From positions 96,001 through 160,000 of the forward strand of contig CAVTBU010000009.1 of assembly GCA_963733035.1 (NCBI GenBank): a stretch of 64,000 nt of DNA. Reading direction: 5' to 3'. The first letter of the stretch is position 1. The number at the start of each line of letters is the position of its first letter. A program made the position numbers and the translations under genes. This document shows positions 51,598 to 61,559 of the stretch, one piece after another. The notes beneath the pieces were generated by a model, which saw only the letters and a list, made by a program, of their open reading frames with translations, was not told the origin of the DNA and searched no databases. This DNA is from Pirellulales bacterium (GTDB lineage Bacteria; Planctomycetota; Planctomycetia; Pirellulales; PALSA-1355).

Positions 51598-51747
51598 TAC
51601 CCGGATCGAAGAAGGTGCCGCAGCCTTGGAAACAAGTTGAGTTGAGACCATCAGGTTGCCTGGTTCGCACAAATCTCGTGGTGTGCGGGCCAATTTGCAG
51701 GCTACCGAACCGACAGGCAGCGGGCATCAGTAGTAAAAGGGTGGGCC

Positions 51748-53097
51748 ATGGATGAACCGCACGGGATCTCGGGACGACGCCTCCCGCAGCGATCCGCGCG
51801 ACGAGTCTTCGCCGCAGGGCTACTAGTTCTGTGCGCGCTCAACGTGGCCCCGGCCCAGGGCGACGAGCCGGAGGGTCCCCGCGCCCTTTCGGCCGTCGCA
51901 ACAACACCCGCGGCACAGCCAATTTCGCTGCCGCCGAGGTCACACCGCCTGCCGCCGGTCGAAGCGTCAACGACGTCCGGGTTTGCGAGCTACGCCGCCG
52001 GCCAATCGGCGCCACTGTTCGCCGACCCGTACGACGGCCAGCAGGTCAACTACATAACCGCGGCACCCGGCGGGCCGGCGGCTTCGACGTCAAATCCGCT
52101 CACGGCCCTGACTCCCGGTCAGCCATTGATTCGTTTTTCGGGCATGCAAGATCCAGACGCTCCGCGTCCGCCGGCCGAGAAGAACGCGGATTCCGCCGCC
52201 GAAGGCGGCCCAGATACGGAAGCTGGCGAGGGGGCCGAACAAACCTACGGACAAGCGCCGACCAACAACTCGCTGCAGTTTCTGCGCGACGTCGACGTCT
52301 TGCTCGCGCCTGGCAAGTGGCAGTTCGATACCGGCTTCGTCTACACGCACTTCTCCAATAACTTTCCCGTCGCCCTCATCAACGGTGGAGGAGACGTGGT
52401 GGGCGTGGAACAAGGCGAGGTACGGCGCCGGTTGCTCTACACTCCGCTGGCCTATCGCTACGGCATAACGAACAACATTCAGTTCTTCTCCTTCATGCCA
52501 GTCGGGTTTTCCAACACGCAGTTCTCGTCGCTCAACACCAGCGAAACCACGAACGTCAGCGGTTTGGGCGATCTGACGGCCGGCGTGAGCATCCACCTGA
52601 TCAAAGGAGAAGACCAGATGCCGGACGTGATCGGCACGGTCGGCTTCACGGCGCCGACCGGAAAGTTTTCGACGCCGATCTTTGGTCTTGTGCCGGGATC
52701 CAATCTGGGCCAGGGATACTGGGCCTACAACGCGCAATTGCTGTTCATTAACCGTTACGACCCGGTGATCGTGTTTTACGGAGGTGGTTACCGGCACTTG
52801 TGGGAGCGCAGCTTCAACGGTCAGCTGATCGCGCCAGGCGAACAAGTGAACTACATGCTTGGCGTCGGCTTCGCCGTCAACGATCGCGTTACACTGAGTT
52901 CCACGTTCCAGGGCTACTACATTACAAATACGTTCATCAACGGCTCGAACCTTCGCGGCTCGAACCTGGAGCCGTTGAGCATGCGATTCGCTGCAACGAT
53001 CGTGCGAAACTGCCGAATTATCGAACCATTCGTGCAATTAGGGGCGACGAATTCCGCCCCGCGGGTCAACGTAGGCGTGGTCGTAACGTTCTACTAG
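51748..53097 (+). CDS. Outer-membrane beta-barrel transporter (FapF/SphA/MetA-pathway-like)
   Basis: Signal peptide (..APAQG); long P/A-rich periplasmic arm; then LLAPGKWQFDTGFVY, YRYGIT, SGLGDL.AG, TAPTG, GQGYW, YDPVIVFYGGGY and GVGFAVND; aromatic C-terminus TFY; adjacent to a C39 peptidase. Confidence 0.75.
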   Translation: MDEPHGISGRRLPQRSARRVFAAGLLVLCALNVAPAQGDEPEGPRALSAVATTPAAQPISLPPRSHRLPPVEASTTSGFASYAAGQSAPLFADPYDGQQVNYITAAPGGPAASTSNPLTALTPGQPLIRFSGMQDPDAPRPPAEKNADSAAEGGPDTEAGEGAEQTYGQAPTNNSLQFLRDVDVLLAPGKWQFDTGFVYTHFSNNFPVALINGGGDVVGVEQGEVRRRLLYTPLAYRYGITNNIQFFSFMPVGFSNTQFSSLNTSETTNVSGLGDLTAGVSIHLIKGEDQMPDVIGTVGFTAPTGKFSTPIFGLVPGSNLGQGYWAYNAQLLFINRYDPVIVFYGGGYRHLWERSFNGQLIAPGEQVNYMLGVGFAVNDRVTLSSTFQGYYITNTFINGSNLRGSNLEPLSMRFAATIVRNCRIIEPFVQLGATNSAPRVNVGVVVTFY

Positions 53098-53153
53098 TCG
53101 CCCCGCCAGTCGAGCATGTCAGGTCTTTCCAGCAGCGAATAAGGGAGCTTCGC

Positions 53154-53921
53154 ATGGCCGCACAATTCGCTCATCGCTGGGTCTGGCACCCACGAAACAT
53201 CCGCAACACTTGTCTGGCGTGGCTGGTGGCGTGTTTCCTGTCCGCATTGGCGGCTCCGGCTTGCGCTCAATTCAACCAATACACGCGGGCTCCTATCCGA
53301 AACCCAGATCGAATCATTCGCGAATACGTTTGGAGCTACAAGGAACTGCGCAAGCGCCAGGTGGTAATGCAGAAGCTCGACTACTCATGCGGCGCCGCGT
53401 CGCTGGCAACGATCTGCCGTTACTATTGGGGCGATAATATCACGGAGGAGACTTTTCTGCGGCTGATTCCGAAGCTGAAGCTCACCGCCGCACAAATCAA
53501 GGATCGCATTGAGAACGGACTCACGCTGACCGATCTGCGCGACATGGCCAACCTGGCGGGTTACCAGTCGTCGATGGGGAAAGTGAAGTTCTCGGAACTG
53601 GCCGAGGCCAAAGTGCCGGTAATTGTCGGTATCACGGTGCGCAAGCACGATCACTTTGCCGTCTTTCGCGGCACCGACGGCTATTACGTCTATCTGGCCG
53701 ACCCCATTCGCGGCAATATCCGCGTGGTGGCCGACACGTTTGTGCGGGAATGGCAACAGAATGCGATCCTGGTCGTCGCCAAGCCCGGCGCGAAGGTAAA
53801 GGAGGTCAATCCGATGGGCGTGCGGTTCCCGGAAATCTTCCGTGGGCTGCTGAACGACCAGACGGTGAACCGCAACTGGACAATGAGCACGGTTCCCAAC
53901 CCGGTCCGCATCGGACAGTAG
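53154..53921 (+). CDS. Stand-alone C39 family cysteine peptidase with signal peptide (FapD-like)
   Basis: GGGAG RBS; signal ..LSALAAPACA; QKLDYSCGAASLATI (Gln/Cys), HDHFAVFRG (His), YLADPIRG (Asp); no ABC or TM domain. Confidence 0.88.
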   Translation: MAAQFAHRWVWHPRNIRNTCLAWLVACFLSALAAPACAQFNQYTRAPIRNPDRIIREYVWSYKELRKRQVVMQKLDYSCGAASLATICRYYWGDNITEETFLRLIPKLKLTAAQIKDRIENGLTLTDLRDMANLAGYQSSMGKVKFSELAEAKVPVIVGITVRKHDHFAVFRGTDGYYVYLADPIRGNIRVVADTFVREWQQNAILVVAKPGAKVKEVNPMGVRFPEIFRGLLNDQTVNRNWTMSTVPNPVRIGQ

Positions 53922-54079
53922 GTCAATTGCCCGCCCGGCGACGGGCTTCCGGCAAGGACATCCGTGGAACGACGTCGCGACGCTTGCGGCAATTTGGCCA
54001 CAAACGCGGGATGCAATTTCTTGACCAGCGAGCTACGATTGAGCAGCGGCGGGGTCGCCAGGGTCGTAAAGGAAATCCC

Positions 54080-54778
54080 ATGTCCGAGATGTCCGAGCCA
54101 AGTTCGTCGGAATACCACGGTGAGCGCCTGGAGTTCTTAACGGTTCTGGGGCTGGCTCCGCCGGTTACCGAGGAGGACGTCAAGCAGGCATACCTCGTCA
54201 AAGCCCGCACCGCGCACCCGGACCAGGGAGGAGACGTCGAGCAGTTCAAGCGGCTTCAAGAAGCGTTCGAGCAGGCTACGGAGTACGCCCGTTTCAAGTC
54301 GAGCCGCATGCAATGGCTCAGCCGGTGGGTCGAGCAATATGCCGAGCAAGACAAGTTCATCGAGCGCATCAAAGGCCTGGGGGGGCACGTCGAGGTGAAG
54401 GCCTCGGACCCGATGACCCGCTCGATCGGGCCCGACTTTGCCGTCGTGCTCGACAAGCTGACGGGCATCTCGCTGGAAGGTCCTAACATCGACGACGCCA
54501 CGATGGCGGAACTCGTGAGCCAGAAGCGGATGCTCGCCGGCCTGCACAAACTAGCACTCCTCGATACGTCCGTCACCTACGTTGGTCTTCTCAAAGTTCG
54601 AGAGTTGCAAAACCTTCGCGAGTTGGATTTGAGCGGCACGGAAGTCGACCCCGCCACGCTTGAGCCAGTGCTGCGAGAACTGCGCTCGCTCGAAGTGCTG
54701 AAACTCGACCGGACCGGCATTGGCTGGCCGGCACGGGTGAAGTTGCGAGTGCGGTATCGCAACTTGACGATCTCCTAG
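54080..54778 (+). CDS. J-domain (DnaJ) plus leucine-rich-repeat protein
   Basis: VLGL....TEEDVKQAY...AHPDQGG..EQFKRLQEAFE (HPD motif); C-terminal LRR units LHKLAL, LRELDLSGT and LEVLKLDRT. Confidence 0.8.
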   Translation: MSEMSEPSSSEYHGERLEFLTVLGLAPPVTEEDVKQAYLVKARTAHPDQGGDVEQFKRLQEAFEQATEYARFKSSRMQWLSRWVEQYAEQDKFIERIKGLGGHVEVKASDPMTRSIGPDFAVVLDKLTGISLEGPNIDDATMAELVSQKRMLAGLHKLALLDTSVTYVGLLKVRELQNLRELDLSGTEVDPATLEPVLRELRSLEVLKLDRTGIGWPARVKLRVRYRNLTIS

Positions 54779-54816
54779 CCGCGGCCGCCAGTCGTAGCCG
54801 CAAGGATTCTCCCACC

Positions 54817-56859
54817 ATGAAACGCTACCTTGCGATTGCCGTTTCTTTCTTGCTCGCTTCGAGTTTTTATACATCGGTTTGGGCGGCAGAAGCGCTACGG
54901 CCGCCCGCTGTTCCGCTGGTCACAATCGATCCCTACTTCAGCTGCTGGTCCATGGGTGACGAGCTTGCCGGCGACTGGCCCAAGCACTGGACCGGCCGAC
55001 CACACGCGATGACCGGCCTGGTGCGTGTTGACGGCCAGGCGTGGCGGTTCATGGGGGCCGCACCCGAGGTAAAGCGATTGGCCGATCAACTTTCGGTGGA
55101 CGTTCAGGCCACGCAGACGGCATATCGCTTTCGAGCGGGGGACGTGGACCTGACCGTCACCTTTACTTCGCCGCTACTGTTGGAGGACTTGGACCTGCTG
55201 TCGCGCCCGGCCAGTTACGTGACGTTCAAAGTCACTGCCAACGACGATGAAGCACACGCCGTGCAGCTATATTTCGACGCAACCGCCGAATGGTGCGTCA
55301 ATGATCCGCGGCAGCAGGTCGAGTGGAGCCGTGTCGCGGTGTGCGGGTTGGACGTGATGCGAGTTGGTTCGGTGGATCAGAAAGTCCTCCAGACCAAGGG
55401 GGACAACGTACGCATCGATTGGGGATATTTCTACGTGGCCGTGCCTGAGAAGCAGGCCACCTGCGTAGTCGCCTCGGACAAGACGGCGCACGGCGCGTTC
55501 GTCGCTGGCAATCCGCTACCGGCCCAAGACGATCCGGATCAACCGCGGATGGCTCGCGATCGTTGGCCGGTGCTGGCGGCCGAGTTCGAGCTGGGCAAGG
55601 TCGGCCAGACGCCCATTCAACGGCATGTGATCTTGGCCTATGACGATCTCGAGGCGGTGGAGTACTTTGGTCAGCCCCTAAAAGCGTGGTGGCGCCGAGG
55701 AAAAAATGCCGCGGCCGAATCGATGCTGGCCGCGGCCGAGCGAGACTACGTGGCGGTGCTCCAGCGCTGTGACGTATTTGATGCGCAACTTGCCGAGGCG
55801 GCCGCGGAGGCCGGCCGCGATGAATATGCCGCGCTTTGCCGGTTGGCATATCGCCAGGCAGTTGCCGCCCACAAGTTGGTGGCCGGACCGGATGGGCAAC
55901 CGTTGTTCTTTTCGAAAGAAAATTTCTCAAACGGTTCGATCGGTACGGTGGACGTCACGTATCCGTCGGCGCCGCTGTTCTTGATCTACAATCCCGTGCT
56001 CGTGCGGGGGATGGTCGAACCGATCTTTCACTATGCCGAGCGTGGCGGCTGGACGAAACCGTTCGCCGCGCACGACGTGGGAACCTATCCGCTGGCCAAT
56101 GGGCAAACCTATCCCGAGGACATGCCAGTTGAAGAGTGCGGCAACATGATCATCTTGGCCGCCGCCCTCGCCCGCGCCGAAGGCAACGCTGATTATGCCG
56201 CGAAACATTGGGAAACATTGACGGGGTGGGCCCGGTATCTCAAGAGCGAGGGATTCGACCCGGCCAACCAACTCTGCACCGATGATTTTGCCGGACACCT
56301 GGCCCACAACACCAACTTGTCGATCAAGGCCATCGTGGCACTGGGTTGTTACGCTCAACTGGCCGACAAATTGGGGCACAAAGATGTCGCGCGGGAATAC
56401 TCCGCACTGGCCCACCAACTCGCGGCAAAGTGGTCGAAACAGGCCTCCGATGGCGATCACACGCGGCTGACGTTCGACCACCCCGAAACCTGGAGCCAAA
56501 AGTACAATCTGGTGTGGGACAAAATGCTCGACCTGAACCTATTTTCGCCCGAGATTGCCGATCGCGAGATCGCCTACTATCTAACGCGACAAAATGAATT
56601 TGGGCTGCCCCTCGATAGCCGCAAGACGTATACGAAATCGGACTGGATCATGTGGACGGCGGCCATGGCCGATTCGCGCGACGATTTTGCCGCGCTCGTC
56701 CACCCTGTTTTTCGCTACGTGAACGAAACGCCAACGCGCATTCCGTTGAGCGATTGGCATGAGACGACCAACGGCAAGGCGGTTGCCTTTCGCGCTCGAA
56801 GCGTCGTCGGCGGTTACTTCATGAAGCTATTGGCCGAACGTTGGCAGGGAGAACAGTAG
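54817..56859 (+). CDS. Glutaminase A (GtaA)-like / DUF4965-DUF5127-DUF1793 protein, secreted
   Basis: RPPAVPLVTIDPYFSCWS, RIDWGY, KENFSNGSIGTVDV, AHDVGTYP, MPVEECGNM, TDDFAG, SQKYNLVWD, KSDW and ARSVVGG motifs. Confidence 0.85.
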   Translation: MKRYLAIAVSFLLASSFYTSVWAAEALRPPAVPLVTIDPYFSCWSMGDELAGDWPKHWTGRPHAMTGLVRVDGQAWRFMGAAPEVKRLADQLSVDVQATQTAYRFRAGDVDLTVTFTSPLLLEDLDLLSRPASYVTFKVTANDDEAHAVQLYFDATAEWCVNDPRQQVEWSRVAVCGLDVMRVGSVDQKVLQTKGDNVRIDWGYFYVAVPEKQATCVVASDKTAHGAFVAGNPLPAQDDPDQPRMARDRWPVLAAEFELGKVGQTPIQRHVILAYDDLEAVEYFGQPLKAWWRRGKNAAAESMLAAAERDYVAVLQRCDVFDAQLAEAAAEAGRDEYAALCRLAYRQAVAAHKLVAGPDGQPLFFSKENFSNGSIGTVDVTYPSAPLFLIYNPVLVRGMVEPIFHYAERGGWTKPFAAHDVGTYPLANGQTYPEDMPVEECGNMIILAAALARAEGNADYAAKHWETLTGWARYLKSEGFDPANQLCTDDFAGHLAHNTNLSIKAIVALGCYAQLADKLGHKDVAREYSALAHQLAAKWSKQASDGDHTRLTFDHPETWSQKYNLVWDKMLDLNLFSPEIADREIAYYLTRQNEFGLPLDSRKTYTKSDWIMWTAAMADSRDDFAALVHPVFRYVNETPTRIPLSDWHETTNGKAVAFRARSVVGGYFMKLLAERWQGEQ

Positions 56860-56899
56860 GCGACTGAGCGTCCCCTAGCGAGGCTTGGCGGGCCCAATC

Positions 56900-58286
56900 T
56901 CACAACAGCGTCCCCTGCAAGAAGAACAGGGCAACGGTAAAGTAGATCACAAGTCCCGTCACGTCGACCAATGTGGCCACGAACGGTGCCGAGGACGTGG
57001 CCGGATCGAAGCCCAGATACTTCAACAAGATCGGTAACATCGCGCCGGAGATGGTACCCCACATCACGATGCCGACCAACGTGACGGCCAGCGTCATTCC
57101 GATCAGATGCCAATGGGGGCCGTAGAAATCGGAAAACATGCTCCATAGGGCGATGCGCAAAAAGCCGATTGTGCCAAGGATCAGCCCGAGCATGAATCCC
57201 GACGCAACCTCCCGACGCAATACGCGCCCCCATTCCTGAACGCGAAACTCACCGAGCCCGAGTCCACGAACGATCAGCGTGGCAGCCTGCGATCCCGAGT
57301 TGCCGCCGCTGGAAATTATCAGCGGCACGAAGATCGCCAATACCGGAGCGACGGCAATCAGTCGCTCGTAGTGCCCCATGGCGCTTGCGGTGAGTAATTC
57401 GCCCATGAACAGCAGCACCAGCCAGGGCGCACGTTTGCGGACCATGATCGCCAGCGGCGTGGTGATGTAAGGTTCCTCGAGGGCTTGCACGCCACCCATC
57501 TGCTGGATTTCGCGGGTGGCTTCCTCATCGGCCACGTCGAGCACGTCATCGACCGTAACGATGCCAACCAGCAGTCCATCGTCATTGGTAACTGGTAGCG
57601 CCGTGCGGTCGTACTTCCGAAACAGGTCGACAGCCTCCGCCTTCTCGTCAGCGACGCGCAGGCAGACGAAGCTGCGGTCCATCAGGCTGTGAACCGTGGC
57701 CGCGGGAGGCGCCAGCAGGACCTCGCGCATACGAATGTCGTCGATCAGTTTGCCGTGCTCGTCGATGACGTAGATGGCGTTGAGCGTTTCGCTATCCTTG
57801 CCGTAGGTACGCACAAAATCGAGTACGTGCTCGACACTCCAACGCTCCTTGACCGCGATGTAGTCAGGTGTCATCAAACGGCCCACGCTATCCTCGGGAT
57901 ACGCCAGCAAGGATTCGGCCACCTTGCGTTCGTCCGGCGACAGCAGGGTGAGCAGGCGTTGCTCCCGATCGGGTGGCAAATCTTCGAGGAACCGCGTGCG
58001 GTCGTCCGGGGCCATGCCGTTGAGGATCTTGGTAACCTCACCAATTGGCAGCGACTCGACCAGATGGCGCTGCACATCGATCTCAAGATAGGCGAACGTA
58101 TCGGCAGCCAGTTCCTTGGCCAGGGCCCGGAAAACGAACGCCTGTTCCTCGGGCTCCAAATCCTCAAGTAGCACGCACCAGGTCGGGCGGAATCCATTCG
58201 CTGAGCACCTCATGGAGCGTGGTGACGTCCTTCGAGACGATGAGTTCGCGAATTTCCGGCAGCACGAGTTTCTCGAGCATGCTCAT
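56900..58286 (-). CDS. mgtE: Magnesium transporter MgtE, frameshifted near 58175
   Basis: YPEDSVGRLMT, CBS pair, GIVTVDD, GGNSGSQAAT and DPATSSAPFVATLVDVTG motifs. The N-terminus MSMLEKLVLPEIRELI...EWIPPDL is in another frame. Confidence 0.9.
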
Positions 58287-58498
58287 GGGTCGACGTCCTG
58301 GGCCAGCGCCATCGAAAAACGGGTCGGGCAAAAACTAGCATCAATCTAGCAATTCTCCGGGCAGGGGAGCGTAACGGCAAGCGACGATTTCGAGATCCCG
58401 CTTGTGAAGTTGATCGGATAGGGTTGCTGATCAGGCCCCGGTGCCGATAGGATTCTCTGCAGTCGACTTTTTCGCCTACAAAGTTTCGGAAACGCACG

Positions 58499-59437
58499 AT
58501 GCCACCGACGCTCGACATGCACCCCGCTTCTCCGGACGAACTGGCCTCGGCCCACCGCAACGTTTTCGACATCTGGAGCAAAGGTCTGCCGCTGGAGGAG
58601 CACGTTCGCTCGCGAACCGAGTCACCCAAGCACCGGCTGGCCACCTGGTATGTCGGCTGCGTGGACGGTCAGGTCGTCGTTTCGCTCGGCTGCTACCCCC
58701 TCGCGTTCTATTTCCGCGGCCAGCAAGTACCGGGGTTTTCGATCGGCTCGGTATACACGGTGCGAGAGTTTCGCGGCCACGGTTTTGCCCCCCAGTTGAT
58801 CGACTGGGCCGAACGCCACGAGCAGCAGCGAGGCGCGGTCATCAGCCTGCTCTATTCCGATATCAATCCAGACTACTACGCGCAGCTGGGCTACCACTTG
58901 TGTCCGTCGCTCGAGGGCTGGCTCGACCCGCGAGACTACTCGTCACCAGTTACACCCGCGCACGAGCTGGTGCCGATTTCGGCCGGCGAGCAGCTGCCAA
59001 CCCTGATGCGACTCTACGCGGACTATCACGGCAGCATGCCGTTGGCGATCGCCCGCGACGCATCGTACTGGCAGGCCCTGCTGGAACGATTCACCGACGA
59101 CCGTTTCTTTGCCTTCGAGGACCGCAATGCGGGCTGGCACGGCTACGTGCGCATTGGTCAAAGCGGCCAGGCGCTGCGGATCACGGATTACGCGCTGTCG
59201 GACCAGTCGCTCGAACTAGCCGAGGAATTCTATGCCGCCGGGATCGCGCTGGCCCGCTCCGAAGGCGCCGAACGATTTGGCGGCTGGCTGCCCGACCATC
59301 CCTCGGCGATGCAGTTCTTTGACCTCACGCCCCGAAAAACCGAAATCACGATGGTGAAATCACTGGACGCCGCCCACCCCATCGACGACGAAATGGCCGA
59401 ATTGGCGAGCCGCTTTTGCGAGATTGACCACGTGTGA
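58499..59437 (+). CDS. GNAT family N-acetyltransferase
   Basis: IGSVYTVREFRGHGFA and LLYSDINPDYYAQLGY motifs. Confidence 0.85.
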   Translation: MPPTLDMHPASPDELASAHRNVFDIWSKGLPLEEHVRSRTESPKHRLATWYVGCVDGQVVVSLGCYPLAFYFRGQQVPGFSIGSVYTVREFRGHGFAPQLIDWAERHEQQRGAVISLLYSDINPDYYAQLGYHLCPSLEGWLDPRDYSSPVTPAHELVPISAGEQLPTLMRLYADYHGSMPLAIARDASYWQALLERFTDDRFFAFEDRNAGWHGYVRIGQSGQALRITDYALSDQSLELAEEFYAAGIALARSEGAERFGGWLPDHPSAMQFFDLTPRKTEITMVKSLDAAHPIDDEMAELASRFCEIDHV

Positions 59438-59558
59438 TCGGGCCGCGGCACGTACGGTCGCGCCGGCCGTGCAATTCGACAAATCCTTGGATTGAGCCTA
59501 GGATGGTCTCGAATAATTGCCATCGACCTGCCCCTGTCTCCTGCTGGAGGTCACTCGG

Positions 59559-60956
59559 ATGCGGCGCTGCTTGCTCGGTCTCGGCATGGTGTGTGTGCTG
59601 TTTGGCTCCTCTTCGCAGGCAGCGGAGGCCAACAAACCGTCGCGGCCGAACGTGCTGTTCATTGCCGTCGATGATCTGAACCATTGGGTCGGCTATCTGC
59701 ACCGCAATCCGCAGACGATCACGCCGAACATCGATCGGCTTGCGAGCCGCGGAGTACGGTTCACGCGGAGCTACTGCGCGGCGCCCAGTTGTAATCCCTC
59801 GAGGGCGGCACTGATGTCGGGCCTGCGCCCCTCGACGACAGGTGTCTACGAAAACAACGACGACTGGCGGCCGCACATCCCGCTCGATCTGCCGCTCACC
59901 ACTACATTTCGCAAGGCCGGTTACTACGTCGCCGGATCCGGAAAGATCTACCACGGGTCCTATCCGCGGCGAGAGGAATGGGACGACTACCTGGAGTCGG
60001 AGGGAAAGGATCCCAAGCCGCTCGGCAATACGGGCGTCGGCGGTATCCGCTTCGCGCCGCTCGACTGCGACGACCAGGATCTGCGCGAATGGCGGATTGT
60101 CGATTACGGCATCGAACAACTCAAACGCGATCACGACAAGCCCTTTTTTCTGGCCGTTGGACTGCACAAGCCGCACATGCCCTGGAACGTGCCGCGGAAG
60201 TACTACGACATGCATCCGCTGGACCAGATCGTCTTGCCGAAGCATATCGCGGGCGACTTGACCGACATTCCGGCGGCTGGCGTGGCGATGGCCAAACCCG
60301 AGGGCGACCATAAGAGAATGCTCGAGTCTGGCAGGTGGAAGGAAGCCGTGCAGAGCTACCTGGCTGCCATTACGTATGCCGATGCGATGATTGGACGCTT
60401 GCTCGATGCGCTCGATGCCAGCTCTTATCGGGATAACACCATCGTCGTCTTATGGGGCGATCACGGCTGGCACCTGGGGGAAAAGGAGCATTGGCGAAAG
60501 TTCGCCCTCTGGGAAGAAGCGACGCGTGCCCCGCTGATTTGGGTCGTGCCCGGGGTTACTCAAGCCAACACGGTTTGCGAGCGCACGGTTGATTTCATGA
60601 GCATTTACCCCACCTTGACGGATCTATGTGGCATAGACACACCCGAACATGTCGAAGGCAAGAGCATCCGGAAGCTGCTGGCGGCACCGTCGGAGCCGTG
60701 GAATCCGCCGGCGCTGACGACGCACGGGCGAAACAATCACGCGGTACGCAACGAGGACTGGCGTTACATTCGCTATGCCGACGGCAGCGAGGAGCTTTAC
60801 GACGAGACGACCGATCCCTACGAGTGGAAAAACCTGGCCACAAGCGCCGATCAGAGTGACCGCAAGGCTCAGCTGGCCCAATACCTGCCGAAGCAGAACG
60901 TGCCCGACGTCTCGGACGCTGCGAAGCGTAAGAGACCTGGCAAAGCCGTCCAGTAG
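59559..60956 (+). CDS. Sulfatase (iduronate-2-sulfatase/choline-sulfatase-like), secreted
   Basis: PNVLFIAVDDL, CNPSR (formylglycine motif), GKIYH, HKPH and GDHGWHLGEK. Confidence 0.93.
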   Translation: MRRCLLGLGMVCVLFGSSSQAAEANKPSRPNVLFIAVDDLNHWVGYLHRNPQTITPNIDRLASRGVRFTRSYCAAPSCNPSRAALMSGLRPSTTGVYENNDDWRPHIPLDLPLTTTFRKAGYYVAGSGKIYHGSYPRREEWDDYLESEGKDPKPLGNTGVGGIRFAPLDCDDQDLREWRIVDYGIEQLKRDHDKPFFLAVGLHKPHMPWNVPRKYYDMHPLDQIVLPKHIAGDLTDIPAAGVAMAKPEGDHKRMLESGRWKEAVQSYLAAITYADAMIGRLLDALDASSYRDNTIVVLWGDHGWHLGEKEHWRKFALWEEATRAPLIWVVPGVTQANTVCERTVDFMSIYPTLTDLCGIDTPEHVEGKSIRKLLAAPSEPWNPPALTTHGRNNHAVRNEDWRYIRYADGSEELYDETTDPYEWKNLATSADQSDRKAQLAQYLPKQNVPDVSDAAKRKRPGKAVQ

Positions 60957-60978
60957 GCGGGAGTGTGGAGGGCAAAGC

Positions 60979-61542
60979 ATGGAATCAGTTGTGCCGCCTC
61001 CGGTGCCGCCTTTGTCGATCAAGGAACCTCCTGACCGGTTGACGATCCGGCGATTGCTGTTGCTCATGGTTGGTACAGCAGTGGGATTGACTCTGTTTGC
61101 TCCGCGGCTGGGGCCAAATGATCTGACGAGAACGGAAAGCTGGCGCGAGGTAAGCTTCTCAGTGATCATCGGCCTGACGCTGCCGGCTCCTCTGTTTGCA
61201 ATCCGATACCGCTTCAGACGTCGGGGTCTCGGCTCGGGGGGATTGTTTGCGCTTGCGATCGGCCTGGGCGTGTGGCTGATGTTGCCAGCAGCTCTGATCG
61301 ACTTGATCGAGCGGATGCGCTCTCCCGCGAACATGCGAAACGCCGTCGGGGCGTGCCTCTACTTCGTGATGCCGATGATGGGGCTGTGGTACCTGCTGGC
61401 CGGTTTGGCATCGGGCCATGTGAGCCGACGCCTAGTCAGCCCGGGCACACCTTGGATCGACCGATACGGCTATCTCCTGGCCCTGCTCTGGACACCCCTC
61501 GGTGCCTGGCACGTCGTCGATGTCTATCGCGACGTGTTGTAG
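60979..61542 (+). CDS. Hypothetical membrane protein
   Basis: About five hydrophobic segments; planctomycete-type LTIRRLLLLM start; GGAGGG upstream. Confidence 0.7.
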   Translation: MESVVPPPVPPLSIKEPPDRLTIRRLLLLMVGTAVGLTLFAPRLGPNDLTRTESWREVSFSVIIGLTLPAPLFAIRYRFRRRGLGSGGLFALAIGLGVWLMLPAALIDLIERMRSPANMRNAVGACLYFVMPMMGLWYLLAGLASGHVSRRLVSPGTPWIDRYGYLLALLWTPLGAWHVVDVYRDVL

Positions 61543-61559
61543 GTGGCGGCAGTTGCTTT

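Noticed and set aside
51071..51747. c-di-GMP or other riboswitch, or small ORFs, in the divergent gap
   Set aside because: No recognisable riboswitch consensus on either strand; the short ORFs lack coding-like composition.
52800..53153. Long N-terminal extensions in the ORF track (C39 from 52800; also 53750, 31941, 14542, 23999)
   Set aside because: They overlap upstream genes; internal starts with an RBS or signal peptide fit better.
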